DNA from: Fumia xinanensis
GTDB lineage: Bacteria; Bacillota; Clostridia; Oscillospirales; Ruminococcaceae
Direction: 5' to 3'
Assembly (NCBI RefSeq): GCF_014384905.1
Contig: NZ_JACRSV010000002.1
Span: forward strand, 585,882-649,881
Length of the DNA: 64,000 nucleotides
Part shown: positions 12,101-20,337 of the stretch, piece by piece
Layout: the number at the start of each line of letters is the position of its first letter
Numbering within the stretch: the stretch's first letter is position 1
Program-made: the position numbers and the translations under genes
The notes under the pieces: model-generated
Database searches by the model: none
The model's input: only the letters and a program-made list of their open reading frames with translations
Told to the model about the DNA's origin: nothing

Positions 12101-12673
12101 AGCAAACCTTCGAAACCCGTGAAACCCACCGAGCCCACCTGGGAAGAGGTTGACGGCGTCTGGAAACTCAAAGGCACTGACGGCGAATACCTGACCGGCT
12201 GGCAGAAGGTTGACAGCAAGTGGTACTATCTGGGCACCGATGGCGTACGCGCTACCGGCTGGCAGAAGGTTGACAACAAGTGGTACTATCTGAAATCCGA
12301 CGGCGTGATGGCGACAGGCTGGCTCAAACTGGGCAACATCTGGTACTATCTGAACGCAGGCGGCGTCATGCAGACCGGCTGGCTCTACAACGGAGGCGTA
12401 TGGTACTACCTCTACAGCTGGGGCGGCATGGCTAACACCAGTTGGGTACAGATAGGCAATACCTGGTACTACTTCAGAGGCAACGGCGCTATGTTTACCG
12501 GCTGGCTCCAGCAGGGTACCACCTGGTATTACCTGAAAGACAGCGGCGCAATGGCGACCGGCTGGAACTGGGTAGGAAACAAATGCTACTACTTTAACGC
12601 CAGCGGCAAAATGGCGCAGAACACCACCGTAGGCGGCTACAAGTTAGACGCTTCCGGCGCATGGGTGAAATAA
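6179..12673 (+). CDS. Giant secreted multidomain GH20 beta-N-acetylhexosaminidase-like surface protein (F5/8 type C / CBM domains, Ig-like domain, GH20 catalytic domain, tandem Listeria-Bacteroides-type repeats, C-terminal cell-wall-binding repeats)
   Basis: The signal peptide MLHKRLKKRLSSCLAAVLAVTCMFSSIPVQA follows an AAAGGAG RBS. GH20 catalytic signatures are present (RGAFLDVARMGYP...FKMNDFHLHLND and HIGTDEY with a D-E pair). Discoidin-like segments are visible. About five ~80-aa tandem repeats (TANGTVSxDKxxAxxGxxVTLTVxPAxGY...VxGxxYxFVMPAKDV) precede a C-terminal GWxKxxxxWYY choline/cell-wall-binding repeat region. The start is moved from the ORF-track 6158 to the RBS-supported ATG at 6179. 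Confidence 0.7.
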   Translation: MLHKRLKKRLSSCLAAVLAVTCMFSSIPVQASNTRAADNRVNLALGITYETNATDADYNESYPDFDHVKMTDGQMASSVWSGASVGFKNLKRGDPAADIPLTLTFDLGGEKDVNAVLFSGWDSNNDGGIRNPVHYVIKYWADGAWQVLHEQSHGRVDPNGGHAYFEFGYTIPDNGSVKASKIMLEITNDPETLVAFLDEVQILAPAEQGGGIAPGTPGNLAKGKSYEVTGTNDWISEDKNYGDPTGRKLTDGVIHTDDSSFQTGDALVGYKVNDAEHQDFIIDLGEEKEVSGYAIHGWCINDYAWLIWNLRHYSVSYLDGNGDWQTLVDTEDRLPRQDDTASCYTWKGDFQAPVTTSKIKFSIRCWSTGLFLSELEVFGTQGGGEPDEPDTYDNKALNRPYTKSEPYSENGSILYPDTGDSELTDGKTGGDSYGDAGWVGFAGQDNEKFVQVDLGKPYDIDKVEFSYCVDSGAGINPPSSTKVTYSLDGVTFYDFVTFQNLSPASGAHTVSLKGEPVVARYVRYNFTKSGSWLFVSEVAAYGTAANLDPKVPYLAQNLPAEKQLYFGNDAELTVSAIIGTPGTVTYEWKKDGTPLEETGATLSLKNVQAEDSGVYQVTVVNELNGEKHTAESNPCTVSVTEVQDAKTLLDVFRTKTPVIEGGKVVIEDSQSSLYKVVIGGSDRETIIDLDGNVYEPLFDTTVNLVYKAVSTTDETDFANADYNVQVVVPGKYKKVTGDNKAPSTLPSIREWKGNTGKFEMTDSTAIVANTAVEKAVAQKMATFFKDVLKKDVSVKEGTPAKGDVQLKIDSSIPEMGAEGYYMDVTDTVVVRAPQQTGLLYGAITVVQSLYSDKEKTFIPKGIARDYPAYKVRGAFLDVARMGYPLEYLEEITKYMAWFKMNDFHLHLNDKADQDYKSFRLESDLQNLTSTDLYYGKEEYKDFQDMAADWGVNIISEIETPGHARAFRDVPGIKMTTDGEHLDLSDRQTVETIKGLFDEMLDGDDPVIRNPVVHIGTDEYYAGTPEQLNEYVYELTQHLAAKGVTMRFWGAFLNNAGVPAGVSKTIPGSQCNIWASSGEWSDTLSPTQMMEYGYDLINSNGYNLYMVPGGVEYSDSLNHANLYNKWDVNHFDLAGKQTNIMPLGHPQVLGADFLIWNDRGTSNTGFSIFDTFTRFQNGTTIVAEKTWHGPKDEDQDYNDFAKRDKMFKDIVGGANPTRKVNSETQTLVDIDFEDASGNTAYDLSDNHLDATVTNGSFVEDNGSTVLSFDGNGSMSLPVQSIGFPYEASFDLKVTKAPAANTKLFSSQDGTFYLNIDGTGKMGFKRDGFKVITPNKDVRFDLEGYTFTFDYKLPLNTWTKIKIKSDKQFTYLEVDGKSYKAQNSVRRLDYPKPSSLDESSISMFSTEKMFEGMTCMVDNLVVKNPELKDNSERNPNLAFECDVTTSPLEDGSMYGRNFYPGALTDGIKNDINTRVSFEPKSETTWAIIDLGKVKDINLIKVFFFESCPEYRISISENGEDWTEVLHKTDGVHGRPENVDVEIDIPFETQKARYVKYEGLQKWQSQWGGYHGGLSEMEVYNMKADFDVVVKETANGTVSVDKIYANEGDKVTVTITPDEGYKLESLTVNGKAVTVEGNTYILTMPAKNVTIAANFVSATKPTFSVTMDSMQNGTVTADKTTANEGDKITLTVRPANGYQLKEIKANGETITPVEGVYSFVMPAKDVTVTAVFEKIPEVKYNINIAETTNGTVSSDKQTAAKGETVTLTVTPANGYLVKSVKVNGSTVEAVGGVYSFVMPAKDVNVEAVFEKIPENQYKVTVLPSENGTVTADKQAAAEGETVTLTVKPASGYSISSVKVNGEAITPVNDVYRFVMPGKDVEVTASFEQGETYKIIVEQLNGGVIVPEKTTAKAGETIHLTVVPDFQYAVSFVWCNKQELVSKDGKYSFVMPAQDVRIYAYFIYMGGSIGGGSSGGGSSKPSKPVKPTEPTWEEVDGVWKLKGTDGEYLTGWQKVDSKWYYLGTDGVRATGWQKVDNKWYYLKSDGVMATGWLKLGNIWYYLNAGGVMQTGWLYNGGVWYYLYSWGGMANTSWVQIGNTWYYFRGNGAMFTGWLQQGTTWYYLKDSGAMATGWNWVGNKCYYFNASGKMAQNTTVGGYKLDASGAWVK
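10920..12060 (+). repeat. Tandem ~240-bp coding repeats (about 5 copies) encoding ~80-aa Ig-like/Listeria-Bacteroides-type repeat modules inside the GH20 gene
   Basis: Recurrent peptide blocks ETTNGTVSSDKQTAAKGETVTLTVTPANGY...VYSFVMPAKDVxVxAVFEKIPE are seen in the translation. Confidence 0.6.
12120..12670 (+). repeat. Tandem ~60-bp coding repeats encoding cell-wall/choline-binding (GW..WYY) repeats at the C-terminus of the GH20 protein
   Basis: Repeated TGWQKVDSKWYYLGTDGV / ATGWLKLGNIWYYLNAGGV motifs. Confidence 0.6.
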
Positions 12674-12736
12674 CTGGGATTTTAGTTGTTTTCATCAATT
12701 TGCTATTTCCTTGTAACTCATAACAATCTCTTAGAG

Positions 12737-12767
12737 AAAAAGGCTCCGAATAATCGGAGCCTTTTTT
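12737..12767 (+). terminator. Rho-independent terminator of the GH20 gene
   Basis: Hairpin aaaaaggctccg-aataa-tcggagcctttttt. Confidence 0.7.
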
Positions 12768-12782
12768 CATTGTGACGGCATC

Positions 12783-12818
12783 AAAAAACAGCCCGGGAAA
12801 CAGTTCCCGGGCTGTTTG
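12783..12818 (-). terminator. Terminator for the convergent aminopeptidase gene (bidirectional hairpin)
   Basis: Hairpin cagcccgggaa-acag-ttcccgggctg is flanked by an A-run and a T-run. Confidence 0.55.
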
Positions 12819-12829
12819 ATGATTTCATT

Positions 12830-14221
12830 TTATTTTGCAAATTCACTGAAAGCGCGGTAGGTGGAATACACGTCGATTTTGCCGGTCACTTCAAATGGGG
12901 AGTGCATCGACAGAACAGGGACTCCCAGGTCTACCGTGTCCACATCCAGCTCGGCGATATAGGCTGCCACCGTTCCGCCGCCGCCCTGGTCGACTTTGCC
13001 AAGCTCGGAGGTCTGCCAGAGCACGTCGCCGTCGATGAGCATTTTCCGCACTTCGCCCATAAACTCGGCGGAAGCGTCGTTGGATCCGCCCTTACCCCGG
13101 GAGCCGGTGTATTTGAGCACAACGGTGCCGTAGTTTACATAGGCGCTGTTTTTCCGCTCGGACACGTCGGGGAAGGTGGGGTCGAAGGCCGCGCCTACGT
13201 CGGCGGACAGGCATTTTGATTTGCTGAGGACGGTTCTCGCCTCGATGCCGTGGGGTTTTGCCAGATCGGCGATGAAGTACTTGAGGTAGGCGCCTTTGAG
13301 GCCGGTAGCGCCGTTAGAGCCGATCTCCTCCTTGTCGGCGAAGATGGTGACGAGGGTTTTATGGGGATTTTCGGCCTCCAGCGTCGCTTCCAGCGATGTG
13401 AAGGCGCAGACCCGGTCGTCCTGGCCGTAGGAGCCCACCATGCTCCGGTCAAAGCCGATGTCCCGGGCCTTGAAGGCGGGAACGGCCTCCAGCTCGGCGG
13501 AGAGGAAGTCGCTTTCGATGATACCGTACTTTTCGTTTAAGATGCGCATGATGTTGAGCTTTACCTTCTCGCTGGCCTCGTCGTCCTTAAAGGGGCGGGA
13601 GCCGATGAGGAGGTTTAGTTCCTCGCCCTGGATGAGCTTGGGGGCGGGGCGCTTCATCTGCTCGTCGGCAAGGTGGGGAAGCAAATCGGTGACGCAGAAA
13701 ACCGGGTCGCTTTCGTCCTCTCCGATAGAGACGGTGACTTTACTCAGGTCGGATTTCACGATGACGCCGTGGAGCGACAGGGGGATGGCGGTCCACTGGT
13801 ATTTCTTGATGCCGCCGTAGTAGTGGGTCTTGAAAAGAGCCAGTTCGGCGTCCTCGTAGAGGGGGACCTGCTTTAAGTCAAGACGGGGGGAATCGATGTG
13901 GGAAGCCATGATTTTGACGCCGTTTTCCAGCGGTTCCTGGCCCATGACTGCCAAGATAAGGGATTTGTCCCGGTTTACGAAATAAACCTTGTCGCCGGGC
14001 ATGTATTTGACGCCGGGCTGGAAGGGCTTATATCCCTTCTGCTCTGCCCGGGCCACGATGTACTCCACGGCCTCCCGCTCGGTTTTGCCCCGGTTTAAAA
14101 AATTCTTGTATTCCTCGCAGAATTGGTCGGCTTTTTGCAGCGTTTCGTCGTCCATGAGAAGGCCGCCGTTTTTCTTTTTCATGAGAAGCTCTTTTTCCAG
14201 AGTGGATTCTTTTTCGCTCAT
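12830..14221 (-). CDS. M18-family aminopeptidase (aspartyl aminopeptidase-like)
   Basis: M18-like signature blocks are present (IMASHIDSPRLDLK, GQDDRVCAFTSLEA, SMHSPFE). The start is set at the second ATG (MSEKES), which has AAAGGA RBS spacing. Confidence 0.6.
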   Translation of the reverse strand: MSEKESTLEKELLMKKKNGGLLMDDETLQKADQFCEEYKNFLNRGKTEREAVEYIVARAEQKGYKPFQPGVKYMPGDKVYFVNRDKSLILAVMGQEPLENGVKIMASHIDSPRLDLKQVPLYEDAELALFKTHYYGGIKKYQWTAIPLSLHGVIVKSDLSKVTVSIGEDESDPVFCVTDLLPHLADEQMKRPAPKLIQGEELNLLIGSRPFKDDEASEKVKLNIMRILNEKYGIIESDFLSAELEAVPAFKARDIGFDRSMVGSYGQDDRVCAFTSLEATLEAENPHKTLVTIFADKEEIGSNGATGLKGAYLKYFIADLAKPHGIEARTVLSKSKCLSADVGAAFDPTFPDVSERKNSAYVNYGTVVLKYTGSRGKGGSNDASAEFMGEVRKMLIDGDVLWQTSELGKVDQGGGGTVAAYIAELDVDTVDLGVPVLSMHSPFEVTGKIDVYSTYRAFSEFAK

Positions 14222-14338
14222 AACAATCATTCCTTTCAGGAAATGGGGGAGGATTTTGGCCTCTGCCCGGAAACTCCGGCGGCAGAGGCGCGGATGCGCC
14301 CCTTTTTCAGTTTAGTATATTCGTTTTTGAGCCGTTTA

Positions 14339-15505
14339 TCAGGAATAAAGGCTCTGATACGCTTTTTGAGCTTGTAAAACGTCGTCTACATAATCGCTGG
14401 TAGTGGGGAAGGGGATGTTTTCGAGAGTCGTTCCGTCGGAGCTGTATCGCTCGTCCTGGAGCCACTTTTTCACATTGCCCCAACCGGCGTGGTAAGCAGT
14501 GAGCGCGTTCTCCGCCGAATCGAATTCAGTAAGCAACAGGGAGAGCAGATAGGTCCCGTACCGGATGTTCACCTCCGGGTCAAATATCTCGTCGTAAGAG
14601 GCTTTTTCGCCGGCGGGCATCTTGGAGTTCACCCAGTCAAAAGTCTCCTCGGTGATCTGCATGAGGCCCTTAGCGTCGGCCTTGGAGACGACGTTTGGGC
14701 GAAAACCGCTCTCGCACTTGATGACGGCGTAGACGAGATTTTCGTCCACGTTGTACTCCTGGGCGCAGGCAGAAACGATTTCCTCATATTTTTGGGGATA
14801 CATCTGGTGAAGCATCAGCTTGTAGGCCCCGCCGATGACGACGATGCAGGCCAGAATGATCGCCGCCCAGATGAGCAGGTTCATCCCAGGCCCCCGTTCC
14901 TTTTTACCGCCGTCCGCACCGCTGCCCATCCGCTTTGCGATGAGCCGCCCCTGGTCGAGAAGCTCCTGTTCTGAGCCGTTGTTGCGGAGAATGTAGTCGG
15001 AGCGGAGAATGTAGAACCGGTCGTTATGCTGGGCAGACATCCGGTCCTCGGCTTCCTTGGAGGAAAGACCGTCCCGGCGCATGATCCGCTCTTTCCGTAG
15101 CTCCGGGTTTGCCAGCACCGATACCTTGCAGTCGCAGAGGCGCTGGGCGCCGCTCTCAAAGAGAGTGGGGGCATCCAAAAGAATTTTTTGTTCCCCTGCC
15201 TCCTGTAATTCCCGGATCTGCCCCTCGATCTTCTCGATGATGGGCGGATTCATCACAGCGTTTAATTTTTCCAGCTGTTCTTTATCAGAAAAGGTCTTGG
15301 CGGCTAAAAGGCGGCGGTCGAGCGTGCCGTCGGGCCGCAGGATTTCGTCTCCGAACACGGCGCAGAGCCGCAGGAGAACGTCCGGGTCGGCGGCGACTGT
15401 CCGGGCGACTTTGTCCGCGTCGATGACGGCGTAGCCCATGTCGGCGAAAACTTTTGTCAGAGTGGACTTGCCGGCTCCGGTCTGCCCGGTGAGGCCGACG
15501 ACCAC
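14339..15505 (-). CDS. coaE: Dephospho-CoA kinase (CoaE) fused to a TM helix and a C-terminal lytic transglycosylase (SLT/lysozyme-like) domain
   Basis: The N-terminus carries the P-loop GLTGQTGAGKST and a CoaE-like fold. A TM segment (LLIWAAIILACIVVIGGAYKLML) follows. The C-terminus has an SLT motif (AVIKCESGFRPNVVSKADAKGLMQI). Confidence 0.6.
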   Translation of the reverse strand: MVVGLTGQTGAGKSTLTKVFADMGYAVIDADKVARTVAADPDVLLRLCAVFGDEILRPDGTLDRRLLAAKTFSDKEQLEKLNAVMNPPIIEKIEGQIRELQEAGEQKILLDAPTLFESGAQRLCDCKVSVLANPELRKERIMRRDGLSSKEAEDRMSAQHNDRFYILRSDYILRNNGSEQELLDQGRLIAKRMGSGADGGKKERGPGMNLLIWAAIILACIVVIGGAYKLMLHQMYPQKYEEIVSACAQEYNVDENLVYAVIKCESGFRPNVVSKADAKGLMQITEETFDWVNSKMPAGEKASYDEIFDPEVNIRYGTYLLSLLLTEFDSAENALTAYHAGWGNVKKWLQDERYSSDGTTLENIPFPTTSDYVDDVLQAQKAYQSLYS

Positions 15506-15758
15506 TTCTTTTTTCTTCTGTGACAGGAAAATCCCTCCTTTGTGGGAGCCGCTCCGCTATGGGAGCTATGAAAGGCCGGAATCCGGCGCGAATGTTTGTT
15601 GAAACAGAGGGGCCATCTGCCCACAGGATTCCGTCAATGGTTTGGCAATTCCGCGGGCGGAGCGTAAATCTAATGCGGCAGCGTTTGATTTTGACCCGCC
15701 CCTACAATAAATGAAAATCCCCATAGGGCAGGGGTATCACCCCCTACAGGCGTTCGGG

Positions 15759-16799
15759 TCAGACGGGATTTCCGTCCTTGCCGACAACGGTGAAGCCCGC
15801 CGCCCGCAGCAGCCGGTTGTACACCGCCAAGCCGATGCCGTCTTTCTGCGGCGCGCGGACATAAACGGTTTTGGCCCCCAGCTCGTCACAGCGGCGCAGA
15901 CTGTCAAAGAGTACCTTTGCCTGGGACGGCTGGTCATCCTGAACGCCGAAAGAGAGGGTGGGAACCTGTAACAACGCTTCCTCCCCGTCGAAAACCATGG
16001 CGTAGACGCCGTTTTCCCGCCGGGCGTTGACAAATGAGGCGAAATCGGGAAGTGGAGCGTCTACGATAATCACCTTGGCTTTGGGAGAGTAGTGCTTATA
16101 CTTCATGCCGGGAGAGGCGGCTTTCGTCCCCTCGTCCAGCTGATGGAGCACCCCGTCGTCGATTTCCACCGGAGCGTAAGCCCGGAGCTGCTCCGCGGTG
16201 ATCCCGCCGGGCCGCAGCAGCCGAATTCTGTCCTCCATGACGGCAATGACGGTGGACTCTAAGCCCACGGCGCACGCACCGCCGTCGATGATCAGGGGGA
16301 TTTTGCCCTGTAAGTCGTCGTATACATGGGAGGCCCTCGTGGGGCTGGGACTGCCGGACAGGTTGGCGCTGGGGGCGGCTAAGGGCAGGCCGCTCTCTCT
16401 GATAATCGCCTGGGCCGCCGGGTGGGCGGGGAAGCGGATGCCCACAGTGGGGAGGCCCGCCGTCACCTCGTCGGAGAGGCAGGTAGCTTTGGGGAGCACC
16501 ATGGTCATGGGGCCGGGCCAGAAGGCCTTTGCCAGCTCGTAGGTAAGCTCCGGAGGGTTACTGGTCAGCGTTTCCATCATCGATAGGTCACAGATGTGGA
16601 CGATGAGGGGATTGTCCTGAGGGCGGCCCTTGGCGGCGAAAATTTTTCGCACTGCCGCAGGATTTAAAGCGTCCGCCGCCAGCCCGTAAACCGTTTCGGT
16701 GGGGAGGCCGATGAGTGAGCCTTCCTTTAAAAGGGCGGCGGCCCGGGCGATGCTTTCCGGGGAGGCGGGGAGAAGCTGGGTTTCCATAAAAAAGGTCAT
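15759..16799 (-). CDS. tsaC: L-threonylcarbamoyladenylate synthase (Sua5/YwlC/TsaC family, YrdC domain + Sua5 C-terminal domain)
   Basis: YrdC motifs (GSLIGLPTETVYGLAADALNPAAVRKIFAAKGRPQDNPLIVHI) and a Sua5-type C-terminal domain; the protein is 346 aa. Confidence 0.7.
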   Translation of the reverse strand: MTFFMETQLLPASPESIARAAALLKEGSLIGLPTETVYGLAADALNPAAVRKIFAAKGRPQDNPLIVHICDLSMMETLTSNPPELTYELAKAFWPGPMTMVLPKATCLSDEVTAGLPTVGIRFPAHPAAQAIIRESGLPLAAPSANLSGSPSPTRASHVYDDLQGKIPLIIDGGACAVGLESTVIAVMEDRIRLLRPGGITAEQLRAYAPVEIDDGVLHQLDEGTKAASPGMKYKHYSPKAKVIIVDAPLPDFASFVNARRENGVYAMVFDGEEALLQVPTLSFGVQDDQPSQAKVLFDSLRRCDELGAKTVYVRAPQKDGIGLAVYNRLLRAAGFTVVGKDGNPV

Positions 16800-16918
16800 T
16801 CCTTTCTGGGAATCGGGGTAAAATCACTGGAAAGCGAAAATACTTTACAGTTGAAAAATGGCTTGATACAGGGATTTTTTGAGTCTTCCCAAAAATCCTG
16901 CGTCAAAGGAGAAGGGCC

Positions 16919-17995
16919 TCAGCTTTCGGCCTGAGCGGCCAGCAGTTCCGCCTGATGGGCGGTGATGAGGGCGTCGATCACTTCGTCGATGTTGCCGTTT
17001 AAGAAATCCTCCAGCCTATAGATGGTCAGGCCAATGCGATGGTCACTGATGCGGCCCTGGGGGTAGTTGTAGGTGCGGATCCGCTCGGAGCGGTCGCCGG
17101 TGCCCACCTGGCTTTTGCGCTCGGCGGCGACGGCGGCTTCCTGTTCCCGGACCTTGGCTTCGTAGAGGCGGGAGCGGAGCACCTTCATGGCCTTTTCCTT
17201 GTTCTTCATCTGGCTGCGCTCGTCCTGGCACTCCACCACCACCCCGGTGGGCAGGTGGGTGATGCGGATGGCGGACTCGGTCTTGTTGACGTGCTGGCCG
17301 CCCGCGCCGCTGGAACGGTAAGTGTCGATCTGGAGGTCCACGGGGTTGATCTCAAATTCCACCTCTTCGGCCTCGGGGAGGACCGCCACCGTGACGGTAG
17401 AGGTGTGGACCCGGCCCTGGGTCTCGGTCTCGGGGACCCGCTGGACCCTGTGGACGCCGCTTTCGAACTTCAGGCGGGAATAGGCCCCCTCGCCGTCGAT
17501 GCTGAAGGAAATTTCCTTGAAGCCGCCCAGCTCGGTGGGGTTGGCGTTAATGACTTCCACCTTCCAGCGCTTCTGTTCGGCGTACATGGTGTACATACGG
17601 TAGAGGGAATTGACGAAAAGCGCCGCCTCCTCGCCGCCGGCGCCGCCGCGGATTTCGACGATGACGTTTTTGTCGTCGTTGGGGTCCTTGGGGAGCAGGA
17701 GGATTTTCGCTTCCTCCTGGAGCCTGTCGATGGCGGCACGGCTCTCGTCGTACTGCTCCTGCAACAGCTCCTTAAAATCCTTGTCGAGGCCGCCGGCCTC
17801 CAGCATGGATTTTGCTTCCTCGAAGTCGTCAGAAGCCTTTTGGAGCTCCTTGTACTTCTCGACGATGGGGGTGAGGCTTTTGTATTCCTTCATAAGATCC
17901 CGATACTGGTTTTGGTCGTTGATGACATTGGGGTCCATGAGTTTTTCGTTGATTTCATCGTAATGGTCCGCGATGAGTTTTAATTTTTCTAACAT
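16919..17995 (-). CDS. prfA: Peptide chain release factor 1
   Basis: GGQ motif ([26 protein letters not shown]) plus an RF1-type PxT tripeptide (PET) in the [17 protein letters not shown] block. Confidence 0.85.
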   Translation of the reverse strand: MLEKLKLIADHYDEINEKLMDPNVINDQNQYRDLMKEYKSLTPIVEKYKELQKASDDFEEAKSMLEAGGLDKDFKELLQEQYDESRAAIDRLQEEAKILLLPKDPNDDKNVIVEIRGGAGGEEAALFVNSLYRMYTMYAEQKRWKVEVINANPTELGGFKEISFSIDGEGAYSRLKFESGVHRVQRVPETETQGRVHTSTVTVAVLPEAEEVEFEINPVDLQIDTYRSSGAGGQHVNKTESAIRITHLPTGVVVECQDERSQMKNKEKAMKVLRSRLYEAKVREQEAAVAAERKSQVGTGDRSERIRTYNYPQGRISDHRIGLTIYRLEDFLNGNIDEVIDALITAHQAELLAAQAES

Positions 17996-18164
17996 AAATT
18001 ACCTCCAAAGATGAAAAGGGAATGTGGGATGGACGCCGGGGAACGCTTCTATAGAAAAGATAGAAGCGAAACTTATTCCAAAGAGAAAACGTCCGCGCTT
18101 TTTCAGGCAAAATACCGGTTACCGGCTTTTGGGGGCGGCGTTTCCAATGCGTTGAAACAAAGCG

Positions 18165-18353
18165 CTAATCCTCGCCGCTTGACTCCACCCGTTTGACGCC
18201 CTTTTCCGCTTTGGAGCGGGGAATCATGATTTCGTGGCCGCATTTTTGGCAGCGGAGCTTGAAGTCCATGCCGACTCGCAGCACCGAAAAACGGTTTTCG
18301 CCGCAGGGATGGTTCTTTTTCATGATGAGGGTGTCTCCGACTTTGATATCCAT
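18165..18353 (-). CDS. DUF951-like small protein (Cys-x2-Cys...Cys-x2-His zinc-ribbon-like)
   Basis: A 62-aa conserved-looking Firmicutes small protein (MDIKVGDTLIMKKNHPCGEN...LRCQKCGHEIMIPR) lying upstream of prfA. Confidence 0.4.
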   Translation of the reverse strand: MDIKVGDTLIMKKNHPCGENRFSVLRVGMDFKLRCQKCGHEIMIPRSKAEKGVKRVESSGED

Positions 18354-18811
18354 TGCGGCACCTCCTTTGCCGGATGATTGGTTATGGAAAATTTGTCCAT
18401 ACTTTTATAGTATACCACTGTTTGGCGGCAGTTGGCAAATTTTTTTGGAAACAAATGCTGAATTTTTCAAAAACAAGAGCAATACCCTGTTTTTGGCTGG
18501 AATAACCGGGCGCAAAGGGGCGAAAATACAAATGTATCAAAGAAAGAGCGTAAAATTCGCTCAAAATAGAAAAATATAGGAAAATATGGCATGATGCGAA
18601 GTTTTGGAGCAATGAGAGAAAATGCAGTTGGCGAGAGGGGAAGCGCAGGAATACACGGTTTATTCCACATTTTGCTGCGTCCCGTGCGCTTTACGCCCGC
18701 CCAAACGGTGCTTTTGACGGAAACTACGCATGATGCGTTGTTGGGATAGGGTATGTTATCGAATCGGCCCATTGTGGGAGCGGCAGGGGCGGCCGACTCG
18801 GGAGAGAAAGG

Positions 18812-19210
18812 ATGAGAGGTATGAAGGTTTACGCGCAATTTGACAGCATCGATGAGGCGGAAAACGCCGCCCGAGACCTGCGGCGGCGTTGTGAGGGAAT
18901 CAAGGCGGTGAAAATCCGCTACCGGGAAGTGGGGGAAGTGGCTCCGGATTTGCCGGTGAGCTCCTTCGCACTTTTTGACAGCGGCGATTATTCGCTGAGC
19001 GGCAACGGCGCCCACGGGGTCAGCGAAAGTTTTTCCCCGGCGGTGTATTTCGATTCGGATTTCGCCGACGTGCCCACCCGGGAGATGCTGGACGGCCCAA
19101 GGGGCCGGGTGGACTGCTCCATGGACGTAGTGGTGGAGGATTACTCGGCCGACAGCGTGGCCCACATACTGCGGTCGGCCCACGGGAGAAAGGTGAGCAT
19201 TTTAGGATAG
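18812..19210 (+). CDS. Hypothetical protein
   Basis: ORF with an RBS (GAAAGGA); no recognisable domain. Confidence 0.35.
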   Translation: MRGMKVYAQFDSIDEAENAARDLRRRCEGIKAVKIRYREVGEVAPDLPVSSFALFDSGDYSLSGNGAHGVSESFSPAVYFDSDFADVPTREMLDGPRGRVDCSMDVVVEDYSADSVAHILRSAHGRKVSILG

Positions 19211-19337
19211 AAAATCTTTCTAAAAACCAGCGGACCTATGTTCAAAAGAAAATCCCGGCAGGCTGGAGTAATGAGCCTGCCGGGATTTTCTGCCATAAGT
19301 AAAGCGCAATCCCGCGTGGGAGTTATCCCACGCGGGA

Positions 19338-19811
19338 TTAGAAATTGTCGTTTCGTTTTTTGCGGATGGCGATGTTGATGGGCCGCAGGCCGTGGTCGTA
19401 GCCGCAGCGGACAGCGGGATAGGAGCCGCCGTAGTCGTGGCCTTTGCTGAAATAGACCATGTAGTGGGCCTGACCGACGATAAAGCGGTACAACTCCCGG
19501 CAGGAAGCGTTCGACGGGGGATAGAGGCGGTGTACTTCGTCGAAGGAAAGCCGCCACTTGCCGATGACAGCGGGGTCGTCAGAGAAGAGGACGATTTTGA
19601 AGCGGACGGTGAAAAAGTGCCGGGTGCGCAGGGTGTGGAGCGCTCGCAGGCAGGCCTGCTCAAAAGGCGCCAGGCCGCAAAACAGAAAGCGGTTGATACC
19701 GTGAACCAGGAGGGTCTCCAGCTCGTATTCGATGGTGGGCTCGTAGCCTTTGATGAGGTTTCGACGGCCGATGATGCAGCAGGTACTAATTTTTAGGATA
19801 GCGTAATCCAT
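19338..19811 (-). CDS. SLOG-fold small protein, YpsA/DUF1273-like (paralog 1 of 3 intact copies in the window)
   Basis: A 157-aa protein sharing the signature TCCI(I/V)GR...GY...EYE...G...F(L/F)FCG..(P)FE..CL..L with the 34336 and 35262 copies. Its layout resembles B. subtilis YpsA as recalled (ISGQLGVELWAAE ~ FLFCGLAPFEQACL; C-terminal LLLLYD.EKEGSPKY ~ FLFYYQRDDFGGxxSDIRYG). The assignment rests on recalled motifs, not a search. Confidence 0.45.
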   Translation of the reverse strand: MDYAILKISTCCIIGRRNLIKGYEPTIEYELETLLVHGINRFLFCGLAPFEQACLRALHTLRTRHFFTVRFKIVLFSDDPAVIGKWRLSFDEVHRLYPPSNASCRELYRFIVGQAHYMVYFSKGHDYGGSYPAVRCGYDHGLRPINIAIRKKRNDNF

Positions 19812-19822
19812 AAATTTATTCT

Positions 19823-19928
19823 CCTATTAGTGATAATGTGAGGAATACGTCACATATTTGAATTAGTGATATATCATCCTCATAAAAAGCTTTAGTGAAT
19901 TATCATATGTTTATAAATCACTAATAGG
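19823..19928. promoter_or_regulatory. Divergent promoter/operator region with TTAGTGAT-type inverted repeats (cctattagtgat ... atcactaatagg)
   Basis: 12-bp inverted repeats at 19823-19834 and 19917-19928, plus additional ATTAGTGATATATCA half-sites, between the SLOG gene and the HTH gene. Confidence 0.5.
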
Positions 19929-19937
19929 AGGTTTTAA

Positions 19938-20180
19938 ATGAAAACTCACGAAGCAGTTGTTCGCAGGATTGTACAATTGTGCCAAATGAAAGGTACTACT
20001 CCTTACGGAATCAGTCTCATATCAGGTGTCCCTCAAGGGACGCTGAAGAGCATTTTAAATGGAGAAAGCCAAAATCCGGGAATTGTAAATATCAAAAAGT
20101 TATGTGATGGATTTGAGATAACATTAGGTCAATTTTTCAGCACTCCTGAATTTGATGCGTTAGAACAAGAAATTGAGTAA
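19938..20180 (+). CDS. Small XRE/Cro-type HTH transcriptional regulator (copy 1 of tandem duplicate)
   Basis: An 80-aa protein with an HTH segment (TTPYGISLISGVPQGTLKSILNG) and an AGGAGG RBS; it is near-identical to the 20338 copy. Confidence 0.6.
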   Translation: MKTHEAVVRRIVQLCQMKGTTPYGISLISGVPQGTLKSILNGESQNPGIVNIKKLCDGFEITLGQFFSTPEFDALEQEIE

Positions 20181-20224
20181 CAGTAGATATGATACCTCTT
20201 ATTTTGAATCTTAGAGTATTTCCT

Positions 20225-20246
20225 AATTAGTGATATATCACTAATT
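20225..20246. promoter_or_regulatory. Perfect 22-bp palindrome AATTAGTGATATATCACTAATT (candidate operator)
   Basis: Self-complementary; it shares the TTAGTGAT half-site with the sites upstream of both HTH copies. Confidence 0.55.
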
Positions 20247-20337
20247 ATAGCATAATAAATGATTAGTGATATATCATCCTCGTGTAAATTTTTAGTGAAT
20301 TATCATATGTTTATAAATCACTAATAGGAGGTTTTAA

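Noticed and set aside
17039-17983. 314-aa plus-strand ORF overlapping prfA
   Set aside because: It is antisense to release factor 1. Its translation is G/A/L/V-rich with no motif, a typical GC-shadow.
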